25,616 nt of DNA from a virus (IMGVR_UViG_3300037043_000431:1-25616), one strand, 5' to 3'; numbered from the stretch's first letter, positions 7,702 to 16,560 are shown. The notes: generated by a model from the letters alone, not told the origin. Made by a program: numbers and translations.

Positions 7702-9266
7702 GTGAACGTCCTCCCTTTGAGATCAGCCATGAACATGGCTTGTGCCAGAATATCCCGGAAAGCGGTTATATCAATGCCCAGGTACGCCTCTGCAAGCTTT
7801 GTCTGGAGGTCATCATAGGATTCTGCCTCATCAACGGCCCGGCCAATTGTGGTTATATCGATGCCCCCCCGGACAAGGGCCTGATCTGTCAGGCTGTCTA
7901 TGTCCCCCTGGGCGGCCATCATTGAGCTGTGAGCGGTGAGCCCCCCTCCGCCCTTCGGGCTACGGAGGACAGGCTGTGAGCTGTAACTGCTGACTACTGA
8001 CTGTTTACTGCTCTCTGCTATCAGTTCTTCCCCTTCTGCGGGCTCGGGGATGCCATAGGTGGCGTAGAAGTATTTCTTCGTCACGGGGAGGCCGATCTGA
8101 CTAACAAGGATACTGTCGCGATCAACCAACGGTTTTAAGTCTGCCTCGGGTTCCGTGCGGATCCAGACCTTGGGATAGCCGGGCCTGCCCTCCGGCCTGT
8201 CCTCCGAAGGCCTTTGGCCGAAGGGGGAAGCGTTCGCGGAGGAGGGGAAGTTGTAGTCCACAATCCATCGGACAAGGGTATTGTTGAGACAGAGGCACAG
8301 ACTGTCCGCGTCGGCCTTGAGGTAATCCTGACGCACACCCTCATGGGTTTTGGATGCGGCGTAGCTGCCCTTGTCTCCGATCTCGGATGTTAGTGTCTGT
8401 CCGAGCACGACCTGGGCGATGGCGCTATTCATAAAACCCACAAGGGTGTCGTAGGTGGCGATGGAACCGGAACGGGTGGCCTCCAGAAGCTCGATGACCA
8501 TGTTGTCCGGTATCTTAATGGCTGCTTCCTGCTGGATTGTATCAATGGCGTCAAGGAGGGCATCCTGCTGGGTTTTTAACGTACCGGGAGGGTATTTGCC
8601 CACCACGGTGGGTGAGCCGAACTTGTCGGCGAATATCATCCAGAACTTGACGGCGTTTTTCTTGAACCAGACAGGCCAGTAGAGTATGCGCCCAAGGCCG
8701 TCCCCGTAGGGGCTACCGTTGTCCGACACATTGGTGTAGACCACAAACTTCTTGTCCGGGAGTTCTTCTCCCTCGATCATGTTGGCGAGGGTGATGAGCC
8801 TGAGTTTCCGGGCGGTGTCGAAGACGAAACGCCGTGATGCCCGGCCTATGATTTCTTTTACCCACACCTGGCCTTCGGAATAGTCCCACATAACCTCTGC
8901 GGGTTTGAAACCGAGAACGAGACCGGACAAAAGGGCACGTCTGGCTGCGTCAAAGTCAAAGCCCAGGAGCACCTCCTTTACATAGTCGGCTATCTTCTGA
9001 TCTGCCCTTTTCTCCGAGGCCGGGATAACCTCCCACTCTTTACCTACCACAGCCAGCTTGCGGGTCTGGAAGGTGGAGCCTACCTTGTCGTCGCGGAGCA
9101 GATCCTCGTAAAGCTCAACGCCCCTGCCGCGTGATTCGGATTTGAGTATCTTGTCGGGGTTGATGAGGGTGCGGCCGATATAGTCCTGGTAGATGTCTTT
9201 TTCTACGGTTGCGATCTCGTCGGTAATGGGCCTGCCCCCGAAAGGGGGCTTGGGCAGTTTAGGCAA
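7698..9266 (-). CDS. portal protein (DUF935 / Mu gp29-like)
   Basis: PYGDGLGRILYWPVWFK, FADKFGSP..VGKYP, VLGQTLTS, GSYAASKTHEGVR; TTG start at 9266 behind GGAGG. Confidence 0.9.
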   Translation of the reverse strand: MPKLPKPPFGGRPITDEIATVEKDIYQDYIGRTLINPDKILKSESRGRGVELYEDLLRDDKVGSTFQTRKLAVVGKEWEVIPASEKRADQKIADYVKEVLLGFDFDAARRALLSGLVLGFKPAEVMWDYSEGQVWVKEIIGRASRRFVFDTARKLRLITLANMIEGEELPDKKFVVYTNVSDNGSPYGDGLGRILYWPVWFKKNAVKFWMIFADKFGSPTVVGKYPPGTLKTQQDALLDAIDTIQQEAAIKIPDNMVIELLEATRSGSIATYDTLVGFMNSAIAQVVLGQTLTSEIGDKGSYAASKTHEGVRQDYLKADADSLCLCLNNTLVRWIVDYNFPSSANASPFGQRPSEDRPEGRPGYPKVWIRTEPEADLKPLVDRDSILVSQIGLPVTKKYFYATYGIPEPAEGEELIAESSKQSVVSSYSSQPVLRSPKGGGGLTAHSSMMAAQGDIDSLTDQALVRGGIDITTIGRAVDEAESYDDLQTKLAEAYLGIDITAFRDILAQAMFMADLKGRTFT

Positions 9267-10551
9267 GGTATCCTCCCATACGGGCCGATTCGCGCTTGCG
9301 GCCCGTGGACTGGTATTCCGGTATCCATGCGGCGCCTGTTGCGGCGTGAACCCCCAGGGCGCCTGCCCAGAAGCGGTCTGCGTGGCCCAGCTCTGTGCGC
9401 TCGGCATCAAAGCGGACATTGCCCGCAGCCGTGGTAAACTTCTTTACCATATGGATGTCTTCTCTAATGGCGCGATCAACGGGCACCCTCACCTGGCGGT
9501 CTTCAAAGCGTCTCCGGAAGGTAACGGCCAGATTCTCTTTCACGGCATTAGTAAACTGCAACCCCTCTGCCTTTGAACCGAACCGGTCTGCCGCCTCTTC
9601 AGCCAATTGCGCGCCTATGCCCGATGCGTCAATGCAGCAGCGACGGACAAAGGGTAGGTAGGCATACAATTCATCCCGTTGTTGCCGGAACGGCGCTTTC
9701 ACAAGCTCACGCACCATGCGCGTCCAATAAACATCTCCCACCTTTTCCCAGAGCCACAGAATGGTCAAATCTTTTTTGCGCCCAATATCTACCCCCATAT
9801 AGAGGCCGGAGCCTGCCGTGCCCCTGTCGGCAAAATCAGCGGGCAGTTCCTTTGTTGCCAGATCGTCCTCGCAGGCAGTGATCATCTCATAGGTGATGTA
9901 GGCGGTCGCCTCATCCACAAACTGACACTCATATTCCTGTGACCATGCGTCGGGGTCTCCGATAGATTTTCGCAGCTCTTCAGGATTGACCTTTAGCCCC
10001 TGGGCCACCGCGTCATAGATGGTGGTGGTGTGTTTTGAAAACTGATCATTGTGCTGCCAGAGGTCATAGAACATATTGGATTTGCCGTTCGGCGTAGAGG
10101 AAACCCGGATTTTGTAGCCCCTGGTTATTACCGGGAACATGGCCCGCCAGATGGCGCGGGAATCCCGGTGAAAGGCGAACTCATCCAGAAAAATATTCCC
10201 GGTAAATCCCCTGGTGGTGTCCGGGTTTGCCGGGAGGGAAATAATTCTGGAGCCGTTGGGGAGGCCCACCTCTTCCCGTGTCTCCCGCTCGGCCCTTACA
10301 ATCTCTTCGCTGCGCACCTTCAGGTACCGGAGATGGGAATAGACCTTTTGCATCACCTCTTTTGACTGGCGATCCGACGAGGAGAGGATCAGATTGTTGC
10401 ACCTGGCGCCGAGGCATTCCACAATGGCCTCCATGGCAAGGGTGAAGCTTTTTCCGATCTGGCGGGATGCGAGCCAGATCTTCATGGGTGACGCATCGTT
10501 TACCCATGCCTGCTGATAGGGCAGGAGTATTTTACTGACGCTTGATGCCAT
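9259..10551 (-). CDS. terminase large subunit (Mu gp28-like)
   Basis: LLPYQ, SRQIGKS (Walker A), IFLDEFAFH (Walker B), STPNGK, GVDIGRKKD, HADRFWA. Confidence 0.95.
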   Translation of the reverse strand: MASSVSKILLPYQQAWVNDASPMKIWLASRQIGKSFTLAMEAIVECLGARCNNLILSSSDRQSKEVMQKVYSHLRYLKVRSEEIVRAERETREEVGLPNGSRIISLPANPDTTRGFTGNIFLDEFAFHRDSRAIWRAMFPVITRGYKIRVSSTPNGKSNMFYDLWQHNDQFSKHTTTIYDAVAQGLKVNPEELRKSIGDPDAWSQEYECQFVDEATAYITYEMITACEDDLATKELPADFADRGTAGSGLYMGVDIGRKKDLTILWLWEKVGDVYWTRMVRELVKAPFRQQRDELYAYLPFVRRCCIDASGIGAQLAEEAADRFGSKAEGLQFTNAVKENLAVTFRRRFEDRQVRVPVDRAIREDIHMVKKFTTAAGNVRFDAERTELGHADRFWAGALGVHAATGAAWIPEYQSTGRKRESARMGGYLA

Positions 10552-10990
10552 ACTCGCTCTCCAGTATTTCCTCGGATATCCGCTTCAGCTCGGCGGGGTC
10601 ACGCTTCTCCTCCGGGGGTTTTATCTTCCGGGAGAGCTCAATAATGGTCTTCACAATATTTGTATAGGCGAAAGAAGCCTGATTGTCGTGTTGGCCCCTG
10701 CCCAGCCCGGCGAAGTATTCCTCGTACTTTTCCTTCTGCGCGACAAGGGCGCTGATCATCTTCTCTTCAAAGCTGAGTTGCATATCCTTGCCTTTGTGTT
10801 CCTCTGCCTCTGCGCGGGCGGCGCGGTCTTTCCAGTCGAATTTTTCCATCCAATCGTAAATGGTAGGTTTGGTGAGGGTGTAACCCTTCTTTGCCAGCTC
10901 GCGGATGGTCATCTCCACATTCTGTCCGCATGAGCGCCAGGCGAGATACGCATCTTCGCGGGTCTCGGCCATGTATGACTTATTTGCCAT
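10532..10990 (-). CDS. putative terminase small subunit (HTH)
   Basis: N-terminal HTH (TKPTIYDWMEKFDW), directly upstream of the large subunit. Confidence 0.65.
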   Translation of the reverse strand: MANKSYMAETREDAYLAWRSCGQNVEMTIRELAKKGYTLTKPTIYDWMEKFDWKDRAARAEAEEHKGKDMQLSFEEKMISALVAQKEKYEEYFAGLGRGQHDNQASFAYTNIVKTIIELSRKIKPPEEKRDPAELKRISEEILESEYGIKRQ

Positions 10991-11291
10991 AGGGCCTCTC
11001 GCACCGGGAGATCAGCACGCCGGGATCTTCATCGATAATGCAGTTCACCAGGTCATCCCCTTTTTTTGTAATGGATATCTCGATGATCGTGCCTCCGAAT
11101 TTCTTGTCTATCCGGGTATATCCGGCATCCGTCAGGTACCTGATCTCCGGCATGATATCTTCAATAAGAAGGGCGTAGCCGAAGGCATAGAGATTCCCTT
11201 GCAGGCCGGAGAGCTCCATTGTTCCGGCGGACGCCTTCAGCAGCTCCAGCATGAGCCCTCTGATGCGCAGTTGCCGCATAAGTTTATTCAT
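10980..11291 (-). CDS. Mu gp26-like winged-helix protein
   Basis: IRGLMLELL...EIRYLTDAGY...ITKKGDDLV...DPGV pattern and position. Confidence 0.6.
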   Translation of the reverse strand: MNKLMRQLRIRGLMLELLKASAGTMELSGLQGNLYAFGYALLIEDIMPEIRYLTDAGYTRIDKKFGGTIIEISITKKGDDLVNCIIDEDPGVLISRCERPYGK

Positions 11292-11572
11292 TTGTGATAT
11301 CCTCGCTCCAGTCTGTCGATAACTACCCGCAACATGATCAATATGTCCTGATGTTCTTTGTTATCTTTGGTCAGGATGCCCTGAATGGAATCCCGTAGCC
11401 CTTCCGAGCTCTGGGCCAGCTTTGCCATGGACTCTGCCTGCTGCTGCTGAGCGCCTATAAACCCGGCGCAGAATTTATCGGCGAGTTTGTAAAAGGCGTA
11501 TATCATACAGCCCGCAAGGAGCGCACCAGGTCCCCAGAAACAGAGCGCTTTTATCACCTCTCCCCAGGGCAC
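11288..11572 (-). CDS. membrane-anchored coiled-coil protein of the lysis region
   Basis: One TM segment then coiled coil; GTG start. Confidence 0.6.
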   Translation of the reverse strand: MPWGEVIKALCFWGPGALLAGCMIYAFYKLADKFCAGFIGAQQQQAESMAKLAQSSEGLRDSIQGILTKDNKEHQDILIMLRVVIDRLERGYHK

Positions 11573-11576
11573 GTAT

Positions 11577-11867
11577 CTAACCCGCGCTTATTCTGGCGTT
11601 CTCGTCCTGCCATACTCCCGCCGCGTTCGCCATAGCCACCGAACCATCGATGAGCAAACTGACGGCAGGGGCGAGATTATTCCATGTTTCCTTCTGTCCG
11701 CCTGTGCTCACTTCCTGCATTGATCCGACGATGCCCTTCAGGGTAGCCGTGACAAACCGCTTTTTGTCGGCGCCGCTCGTTTTCTTCCACGAAAAAACTC
11801 CCTCCGCAATGCTTGTCAGCTTGGGGATCGCCCACACTATTAACGGCAACATCGCTGCAAATGTCAT
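11577..11867 (-). CDS. putative holin-like protein
   Basis: ATG 11867 behind AGGAGG; hydrophobic ends, GADKK motif; follows the endolysin. Confidence 0.5.
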   Translation of the reverse strand: MTFAAMLPLIVWAIPKLTSIAEGVFSWKKTSGADKKRFVTATLKGIVGSMQEVSTGGQKETWNNLAPAVSLLIDGSVAMANAAGVWQDENARISAG

Positions 11868-11928
11868 ATCTGCCTCCTGGTAAATTAAAAGATTTTGTTT
11901 CAGCCGTTCCATCGCCTTCGGCTCTGTT

Positions 11929-12390
11929 TCAACGGTTCAAACTCTTTTCATGGCGCTCCACCTCAATCCTGAATCGGTCAAGATCAAACATTTTTCCCGG
12001 ACACGTCCTGCCGGCAGCAACTTCCCGGTGTCCGAATATCTTTGCCTGGGTGATGCCGAAGTGCCGGCACAGCCATTTGACCAGCCGGACGCCCTGTTTC
12101 CACTGTTCGGCCGGCGGCGGCGCATCGTCGAAGTTTCCGACGAAGCAGATGCCGATGGATAAGAGGTTCTGGCCCGTGGTGTGAGCCCCTGCCTTATCCA
12201 GGGTGCGGCCTGTGAGTATTTCGAACGACCCCTTCGGGTCGCCTGGATCCGCCACGAACTCGATGCCGAAGTGGTAGCCGATGTCTGTCCAGCCGAGCAC
12301 GTTGACGTGATAGCGCCGGATGGCGTTCCAGGATACGGTTCCGCTGTCTTTTGTCGAGCTGTGGTGGAGGATGATCTTTTCCGGTCGCAT
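11929..12390 (-). CDS. endolysin, N-acetylmuramoyl-L-alanine amidase (Amidase_2)
   Basis: IILHHS, GWTDIGYHF, GAHTTGQN, SIGICFVGNF, GHRE, TCPG. Confidence 0.95.
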   Translation of the reverse strand: MRPEKIILHHSSTKDSGTVSWNAIRRYHVNVLGWTDIGYHFGIEFVADPGDPKGSFEILTGRTLDKAGAHTTGQNLLSIGICFVGNFDDAPPPAEQWKQGVRLVKWLCRHFGITQAKIFGHREVAAGRTCPGKMFDLDRFRIEVERHEKSLNR

Positions 12391-12456
12391 ACGCTCTATC
12401 TACCTTATTACTGTGGGGGGCTCATCTAAAGAGGCTTAGAGTTTAACATCAGTGAA
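12391..12456 (-). promoter_or_regulatory. probable Mor/C-dependent late promoter region
   Basis: Only gap between activator and lysis genes; dyad CTAA-N6-TTAG at 12426-12439; no -35 consensus. Confidence 0.35.
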
Positions 12457-12759
12457 TCAGAACAATTTAGGCTGGTCGTGTTTGGGCTTTGCCGTGATCT
12501 CTCTGATTTGTATCTCGGAGAGGCGGTACTTTTGGGCAAGTTCTTTGTAGTTGACGCCGTTGAATTCCCTGCGGATCAGCTCGTTTCTCTTGGCCCTGAG
12601 CATCTTTTCCGCCTGAGGGAAATAGTAGTTGAGGCCCCCCAGGTGGTCGGAGAGCTTGACGGCGTTTTCCACACCCACGATGCGGGCAACCTCCTGGTAT
12701 GATTCCGGCAGGTCGTCGATGGCGAGATCAGGGATAATGCGGAAGATCCATTCGTCCAT
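12457..12759 (-). CDS. Mor/C family transcription activator
   Basis: DLPESYQEVA..VG.ENAVKL...GGLNYYFP...RNELIRREFNG.NYKELAQKYRLSE. Confidence 0.92.
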   Translation of the reverse strand: MDEWIFRIIPDLAIDDLPESYQEVARIVGVENAVKLSDHLGGLNYYFPQAEKMLRAKRNELIRREFNGVNYKELAQKYRLSEIQIREITAKPKHDQPKLF

Positions 12760-12760
12760 A

Positions 12761-13273
12761 TTAAACCCTGTGATCTGTGAGCGGTGAGCTGTGAGCCGTT
12801 ACCGCTGACTGCTGGTTATTTCTTACGCACTTCACCTGGCAGGGATTCTGGGATTTCCACAGGCCTTTTAACGCCTCGATGACGCGGGATGCGGTGATGG
12901 AATCCTTGATGACGGTGATTCCAAAGAACTTCATGAGCCAGCGGCTGTATCCGTCGTGGAACTTCCAGATAATGTCTTGCTTCAGGTGGCCGATCATGAG
13001 CATCTGCTCACGGGAGGGCAGAAGCACGACGTTGTCCGGCAGCTTGTCGCGCTTTGGCCTGGGGCCGCATAGACCGCATTTGCGCTTGGCCTTGATGCGA
13101 AAGCCCATCTTTTTCATGTGGTCAATGAGGCTGCCCGCCTGCTCGTAGGTCAAGGCCTTGCTTGATTCCACCTTGTACATGCGCATAAGCATCTCGCGGT
13201 AGACGGCATCATCGAGGGCAAGCTTTGACTTGGCCACGTGGATGAGTTGTATTTGTTTGGGGTTAATCTTCAC
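12761..13273 (-). CDS. gemA: Mu gp16/GemA (DUF1018) regulatory protein
   Basis: QLIHVAKSKLALDDAVYR.ML...SSKALT...IDHMKKMGF, ASRVIEALK; GTG 13273 behind AGGAG. Confidence 0.85.
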   Translation of the reverse strand: MKINPKQIQLIHVAKSKLALDDAVYREMLMRMYKVESSKALTYEQAGSLIDHMKKMGFRIKAKRKCGLCGPRPKRDKLPDNVVLLPSREQMLMIGHLKQDIIWKFHDGYSRWLMKFFGITVIKDSITASRVIEALKGLWKSQNPCQVKCVRNNQQSAVTAHSSPLTDHRV

Positions 13274-13371
13274 GCTTTCTCCTTGTAGTTCCCCGCCCAC
13301 GGGGAGGTCAATCTCGTGGGCGGGGTTGAGGAACACCCCTGGGTGATCGAGGCCCAAGGGTCATGGAAACG

Positions 13372-14004
13372 TCAGTGTGCCGGCGGCAGGGCGAGGTCAA
13401 AAAGCATTAATTGACGGGCCTTCCGTACTGTATCCTTTACTGTTGTTTTTGATCTGTCAATGCGCCGAGCTATGTGCGCGGTCTCAAGGCCCTGCTGCTT
13501 TAAGGCGATGATTTCCGCCCGTTCGGCGTAGGTAACCGGGCCTTTGCGCTTTTTCATGAGCGCGTTAATGAGCAGGCGCTGCGTGGTTATCAACTCGTCT
13601 TGCAGGTCGCTGATGCATTGACTCGCGGTAAAATAGGAGTCAACTAAAATCTGTTGTACTTTCCAACTCAAATCATCTGTGAATGTTTTGACGAGCATGA
13701 GATACCCGGTCAGCGTAAGAAAAATCATGCTGCCTCTGTACCCTCCTTTTTCGGCTTTTTGAGAATACGCAGACCCCCTTTGAGAATACGTTTTACGTAT
13801 TGTCAAAGGTGCCCATTCCTCATATGGGAGATCCATGTAATCCTTGCCAAAACGTAGCCTATTCTTAAATTTAAAGAAGGTTCGTTGCGCGGTGTTCTTT
13901 GGCCTGCGATGCACTCGGTCAATCATGGGCAGAGATATGATCGGTTGTCCGTTGTATTCAATCCGTTCCAGTTTGGTGCCTTCAACTACAATTACGTTTT
14001 CCAT
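13372..14004 (-). CDS. ORF6N/KilA-N type antirepressor with C-terminal HTH
   Basis: IEYNGQPIISLPMIDRVH, FLTLTGYLMLVKTFTDDLSWKVQ..LVDSYF. Confidence 0.85.
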   Translation of the reverse strand: MENVIVVEGTKLERIEYNGQPIISLPMIDRVHRRPKNTAQRTFFKFKNRLRFGKDYMDLPYEEWAPLTIRKTYSQRGSAYSQKAEKGGYRGSMIFLTLTGYLMLVKTFTDDLSWKVQQILVDSYFTASQCISDLQDELITTQRLLINALMKKRKGPVTYAERAEIIALKQQGLETAHIARRIDRSKTTVKDTVRKARQLMLFDLALPPAH

Positions 14005-14005
14005 G

Positions 14006-14272
14006 TTAGTCCTCCTTTGTGTTTTCTTTGACTCTGTCGATCAATTCTTCTAAAAGCTGGGTTGCGTCTTCCATGTCGGTCACAAGATGCATGAGTAGAT
14101 CGGCCACCTCTACGGCGTCGCGGTCTTCGAAGTGTATCGCCTTGAGTTCGTCGAGGGCCGTCATTAAATAGCCGATGATGTGGATCGATCTGATGTGGCG
14201 GTTGAGGGTTCCGAGATTGTCGTACAAATCACGGAATGTTTCGTTGCTGATGAGATGCGATGTTTGTGGCAT
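14006..14272 (-). CDS. small acidic helical hypothetical protein (88 aa), first gene of the antirepressor operon
   Basis: ATG 14272 behind AAAGGAGGT; the longer ORF-track version runs through the RNA element. Confidence 0.7.
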   Translation of the reverse strand: MPQTSHLISNETFRDLYDNLGTLNRHIRSIHIIGYLMTALDELKAIHFEDRDAVEVADLLMHLVTDMEDATQLLEELIDRVKENTKED

Positions 14273-14316
14273 AGGCCACCTCCTTTGATTTTTCGCGGGG
14301 CGCACATAAAAAAGGG

Positions 14317-14384
14317 CGCCCGAGTGTTGCGACAGGCTCAAAGGAAGCCAGCCCCATGCCTCGCGACATGAGGACACTCGGACG
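14317..14384 (-). ncRNA. c4/CI-like antisense RNA
   Basis: 11-bp closing stem, GCGA-tetraloop hairpin, second hairpin exposing TCCTTTG, and TCGC in the junction; both complementary to boxes at 14448-14464 and 14280-14296. Confidence 0.75.
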
Positions 14385-14470
14385 TGCAATGTCCTAAAAA
14401 CTAAATCACCCCTTTCCGTGTCTGATTTCCACGGAGGCAGGGGCAGGCCCCTTTGATTGTTCGCACCAAA

Positions 14471-14500
14471 AGTTTGTGCCAAATCGCGGGGTTTTGTCAA
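14471..14500 (-). promoter_or_regulatory. putative promoter of the RNA/antirepressor operon
   Basis: TTGACA (14500-14495), 18 nt, CAAACT (weak -10). Confidence 0.5.
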
Positions 14501-14543
14501 GAAAAAAGAAAAATCCGGATGCCGGATCAAGCCCGGAATGACG
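14501..14543 (-). terminator. REP-like hairpin with U-rich tail
   Basis: GTCATTCCGGGCTTGATCCGGCATCCGGATTTTTCTTTTTT straight after the stop at 14544. Confidence 0.55.
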
Positions 14544-15149
14544 TTAATGGGCGGCATTGATATTGTCTCCGAATTCAAGATAGCTTTGTTTCCATACCTC
14601 GACAAGGCTGGTTTTCTGAAGGCGGGAGGCGCGCAGAAGTATCATGATGCCCCGGTGGCGCAGGGACAATGTGATCTCGTTTACCTCGTCATGGGTTACG
14701 GCCACATAGTAGCCGGATGAGTTTGAACCGATGAGCTTTGCGTGGACATTGACCAGGTGAGCAATGACCTGGCGGACCCTTTTATAGTTCATGCCGAGAC
14801 GCTCCGCTATTGCCTCGCCCAGTATCTCGCAACCCTTGCCGCGCCGGGGCTCAATAATTGCCCAGACGGCTTTTTCTTCGGAGGTCATGGGGAGATCGAG
14901 ATTCGTGCTTGGCGCTTGGTTCTTGGTTCCTGCCTGTGCCGGGGTCGCGGCAGACAGGTCGCTGCGGCACGGTTGTGCCGCAAACAATCCTTCGCTGTAA
15001 TCTTCGGCGCGGATGCCGCAGCGTGTGCACGCAACTTCCATGGTCCCTTTTTCATTGATCATGGTTTGAACCTCCTTTCCTCGACAGTTTTTGCATACGA
15101 GTTTTCTCAAAAACAAAGCACCAGGAACCAGGAACTGTTCTTCGTTCAT
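14544..15149 (-). CDS. Zn-ribbon plus winged-HTH protein
   Basis: CKNC/CTRC pairs; IAERLGMNYKRVRQVIAHL...IGSNSSGYY. Confidence 0.7.
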   Translation of the reverse strand: MNEEQFLVPGALFLRKLVCKNCRGKEVQTMINEKGTMEVACTRCGIRAEDYSEGLFAAQPCRSDLSAATPAQAGTKNQAPSTNLDLPMTSEEKAVWAIIEPRRGKGCEILGEAIAERLGMNYKRVRQVIAHLVNVHAKLIGSNSSGYYVAVTHDEVNEITLSLRHRGIMILLRASRLQKTSLVEVWKQSYLEFGDNINAAH

Positions 15150-15329
15150 TCAAACCTCCAGATCTATGGCAAGTTCGCCCTGGGCGGCGCACCGGCCACA
15201 GGTGATGTCGGGCAGGTCAAGGCAAAGCTCGCGGGGCAGAACAAAGCTATAGCCGCAGGCCAGACAGCGGATCAAGACAATCCCTTGCAGGGGATGAAGG
15301 TCATCGCGGAGCGGGAGGATATTATTCAT
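15150..15329 (-). CDS. small Zn-finger protein
   Basis: CLAC...CGRC; ATG 15329 overlaps the end of the upstream small ORF. Confidence 0.55.
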   Translation of the reverse strand: MNNILPLRDDLHPLQGIVLIRCLACGYSFVLPRELCLDLPDITCGRCAAQGELAIDLEV

Positions 15330-15432
15330 CGTCGCCACCGTGGCAGCCCTGGATGAAGAGGACCGTGAAGATCCCGACATATGCGGATGCAAGGACAATG
15401 ACGAGGATGGTTGACCAGTGGAGGGTTATCAT
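15322..15432 (-). CDS. 36-aa single-TM protein (not in ORF track)
   Basis: MITLHWSTILVIVLASAYVGIFTVLFIQGCHGGDDE; ATGA overlap with the upstream stop. Confidence 0.55.
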   Translation of the reverse strand: MITLHWSTILVIVLASAYVGIFTVLFIQGCHGGDDE

Positions 15433-15623
15433 GATGTACCCCCAGTGCCCTGGACGACGATCCAGTCGGTGTGGAGCGTCTCTTCCGGACCGAATATGTT
15501 TGCTATCCTGGCGCAGGTTTCAATAAAGGTTTGCGCCGGGACAATATTCCAGTCGTTTTCTCTGCCTGCCCGGGCAATACGGTCCCGAGCGGTGCATTGT
15601 GCATATGCGTCGAATAATGTCAT
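15429..15623 (-). CDS. hypothetical protein
   Basis: 64 aa, GAGGT RBS, coupled to neighbours. Confidence 0.6.
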   Translation of the reverse strand: MTLFDAYAQCTARDRIARAGRENDWNIVPAQTFIETCARIANIFGPEETLHTDWIVVQGTGGTS

Positions 15624-15768
15624 GGCGCCACCTCATTTTTTATGTATGCGTTGCAGACGTGGCCGTCCTGGATGGAGTAGCGGCCCCGTCCGGTGAGTGC
15701 AGAACTTGCATCGCTCGTGAGCGGGTTATGGCCTTGCGGTAGCAGAGTTCGCGCTTTTGTTTCAGCAT
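15620..15768 (-). pseudogene. frame-broken small Cys-containing gene
   Basis: Coupled start (TAATG) in one frame, RCKFC in a second, coupled stop (ATGA) after RYSIQDGHVCNAY in a third. Confidence 0.4.
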
Positions 15769-16022
15769 TACCGTTGCCTCCAGACGGATCCGCATCCGTT
15801 ACAAATGAAAAGTGCCGTATTTCGTATTTCGCATGCCGTATTTCGTGAAATGCTGCTGCCGTTGCACTGCGGGCAGAGGATAATTTTGCCGTGACTATCC
15901 ACGATGATATCCGGGAAGCGAAGGGGGGACCAGGCGGGGGAGGGATTGTCCCGCCTGGCCGAGAAGGGGGTTGAGGTATGAGCTTTCATGGTGCGTCCTT
16001 GTCTGCATGTGTCATCGCCCAT
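15768..16022 (-). CDS. small Zn-ribbon protein (start may be 15989)
   Basis: CPQC...CNGCG. Confidence 0.55.
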   Translation of the reverse strand: MGDDTCRQGRTMKAHTSTPFSARRDNPSPAWSPLRFPDIIVDSHGKIILCPQCNGSSISRNTACEIRNTALFICNGCGSVWRQR

Positions 16023-16560
16023 CAGTTTTCAACGCCTCTCTGATCAGATAGATAACCTGATTTTCCGGTGTTCTCAGGTCGATGTCTGCCTGCCGGACTA
16101 TCGCTTCGTATATGTGAGGGTGACGAGAGAAATCGACGGTTACTGTCGGCCCGGCAAAATCGCGGCCGAGGTTGCCGCGAAGACCGATGGCGATCTGGCC
16201 TACTTCTATTCCCGTAGCTTTCCACGCTTTTCCGCATGACCCGAAGTATTTGGATAAGGTTGATCGGGACGGAAGACCGAGTCTTCGCAATTCATGGACC
16301 TTTGGTATGCGTCCATGCTTCTCGTGCCATGTTCTTAATGTCAGGATAAGCTCGTCTGCATTTGTGACCTGATTATGGGGTATGAAGCCTGCTGCCCGCA
16401 GCGCATTATTCCATGAGTCGAACGCTTCAACGTATGTTTTATAACTTGGGATCCCATTGACGGGACCGGTATCCTTGTGTGTCGGGGCACGGCCTAACGT
16501 ATCGCCTAACTCTACGAGCATACGTATAAGCTGATCTTTCGTGAGGTGTTTAGGCAGCAT
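16012..16560 (-). CDS. homing-endonuclease-associated repeat protein (two repeats, no nuclease motif seen)
   Basis: LGRAPT...PSYKTY..AFDSWNNALRAAG and HGRIP...PSRST..KYFGS..KAWKATG. Confidence 0.75.
   Translation of the reverse strand: MLPKHLTKDQLIRMLVELGDTLGRAPTHKDTGPVNGIPSYKTYVEAFDSWNNALRAAGFIPHNQVTNADELILTLRTWHEKHGRIPKVHELRRLGLPSRSTLSKYFGSCGKAWKATGIEVGQIAIGLRGNLGRDFAGPTVTVDFSRHPHIYEAIVRQADIDLRTPENQVIYLIREALKTDGR

Noticed and set aside
9267-9419. Portal N-terminal extension in the ORF track
   Set aside because: Lies inside the terminase gene; an SD supports TTG at 9266
13289-13305. GTTCCCCGCCCACGGGGA as a second I-E repeat
   Set aside because: Lacks the ATRAACCG handle and is better explained as one arm of a longer hairpin
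14273-14605. 199-aa version of the ORF ending at 14006
   Set aside because: Crosses a terminator, promoter and RNA element; strong SD at the ATG at 14272
16012-16560. Active homing endonuclease
   Set aside because: Only the associated repeats are present; no HNH, GIY-YIG or LAGLIDADG motif seen
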